This document shows positions 63,811 through 64,000 of a stretch of 64,000 nt of DNA, piece by piece (within the stretch, counting starts at the first letter, position 1; every line of letters starts with the position of its first letter). The DNA is from Diadema antillarum (lineage: Eukaryota). The notes under the pieces are model-generated. The model searched no databases, was not told the DNA's origin, and saw only the letters and a program-made list of their open reading frames with translations. Both the position numbers and the translations under genes were made by a program. The stretch is from the NCBI RefSeq assembly GCF_040938485.1, contig NW_027272251.1, forward strand, positions 310,001 through 374,000, read 5' to 3'.

Positions 63811-64000
63811 TATGGTGCGGGCTTTTTGAGCATTGCTTACACGTGGCATGATGTCAACCATAAAACTTGATGAGTTATCAAAATTGCCTGGCCTGGCACC
63901 ACTGAAAATTTGAATGTGAAGTTAAAATGTCTATTTAAATTTGCCTTCATGTCTGACCAGTGGAGAACTAAAGACATAACACAAATCAACATAAGATACA

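Overview
AT-rich, microsatellite- and transposon-rich eukaryotic genomic DNA. It is most likely echinoderm (sea-urchin-like), inferred from the echinoidin-type lectins. Six protein-coding genes are supported. Two three-exon secreted C-type lectins (QPD/WND, galactose-type) sit near the window edges and point toward each other: CTL-A on + (162-4369, 174 aa) and CTL-B on - (59789-56158, 171 aa). Between them is a tandem array of four class A (rhodopsin-type) orphan GPCR paralogs, all on +, each with a single coding exon, a signal peptide and a 5'UTR intron (14308, 27057, 36091, 46305). The array lies in duplicated units of about 9-13 kb. Copy 3 is a mosaic, and spacers 1-2 and 3-4 share diagnostic insertions. 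Amino-acid differences between copies concentrate in the N-terminus, top of TM3 and ECL2. The rest of the window is MITEs (Tc1/mariner-, Harbinger- and Kolobok-like), CR1/L2-type LINE fragments, a Tc1 transposase remnant, minisatellites and two N gaps. No rRNA, tRNA or CRISPR was found. All alignments and counts were done by eye; no database searches were run.
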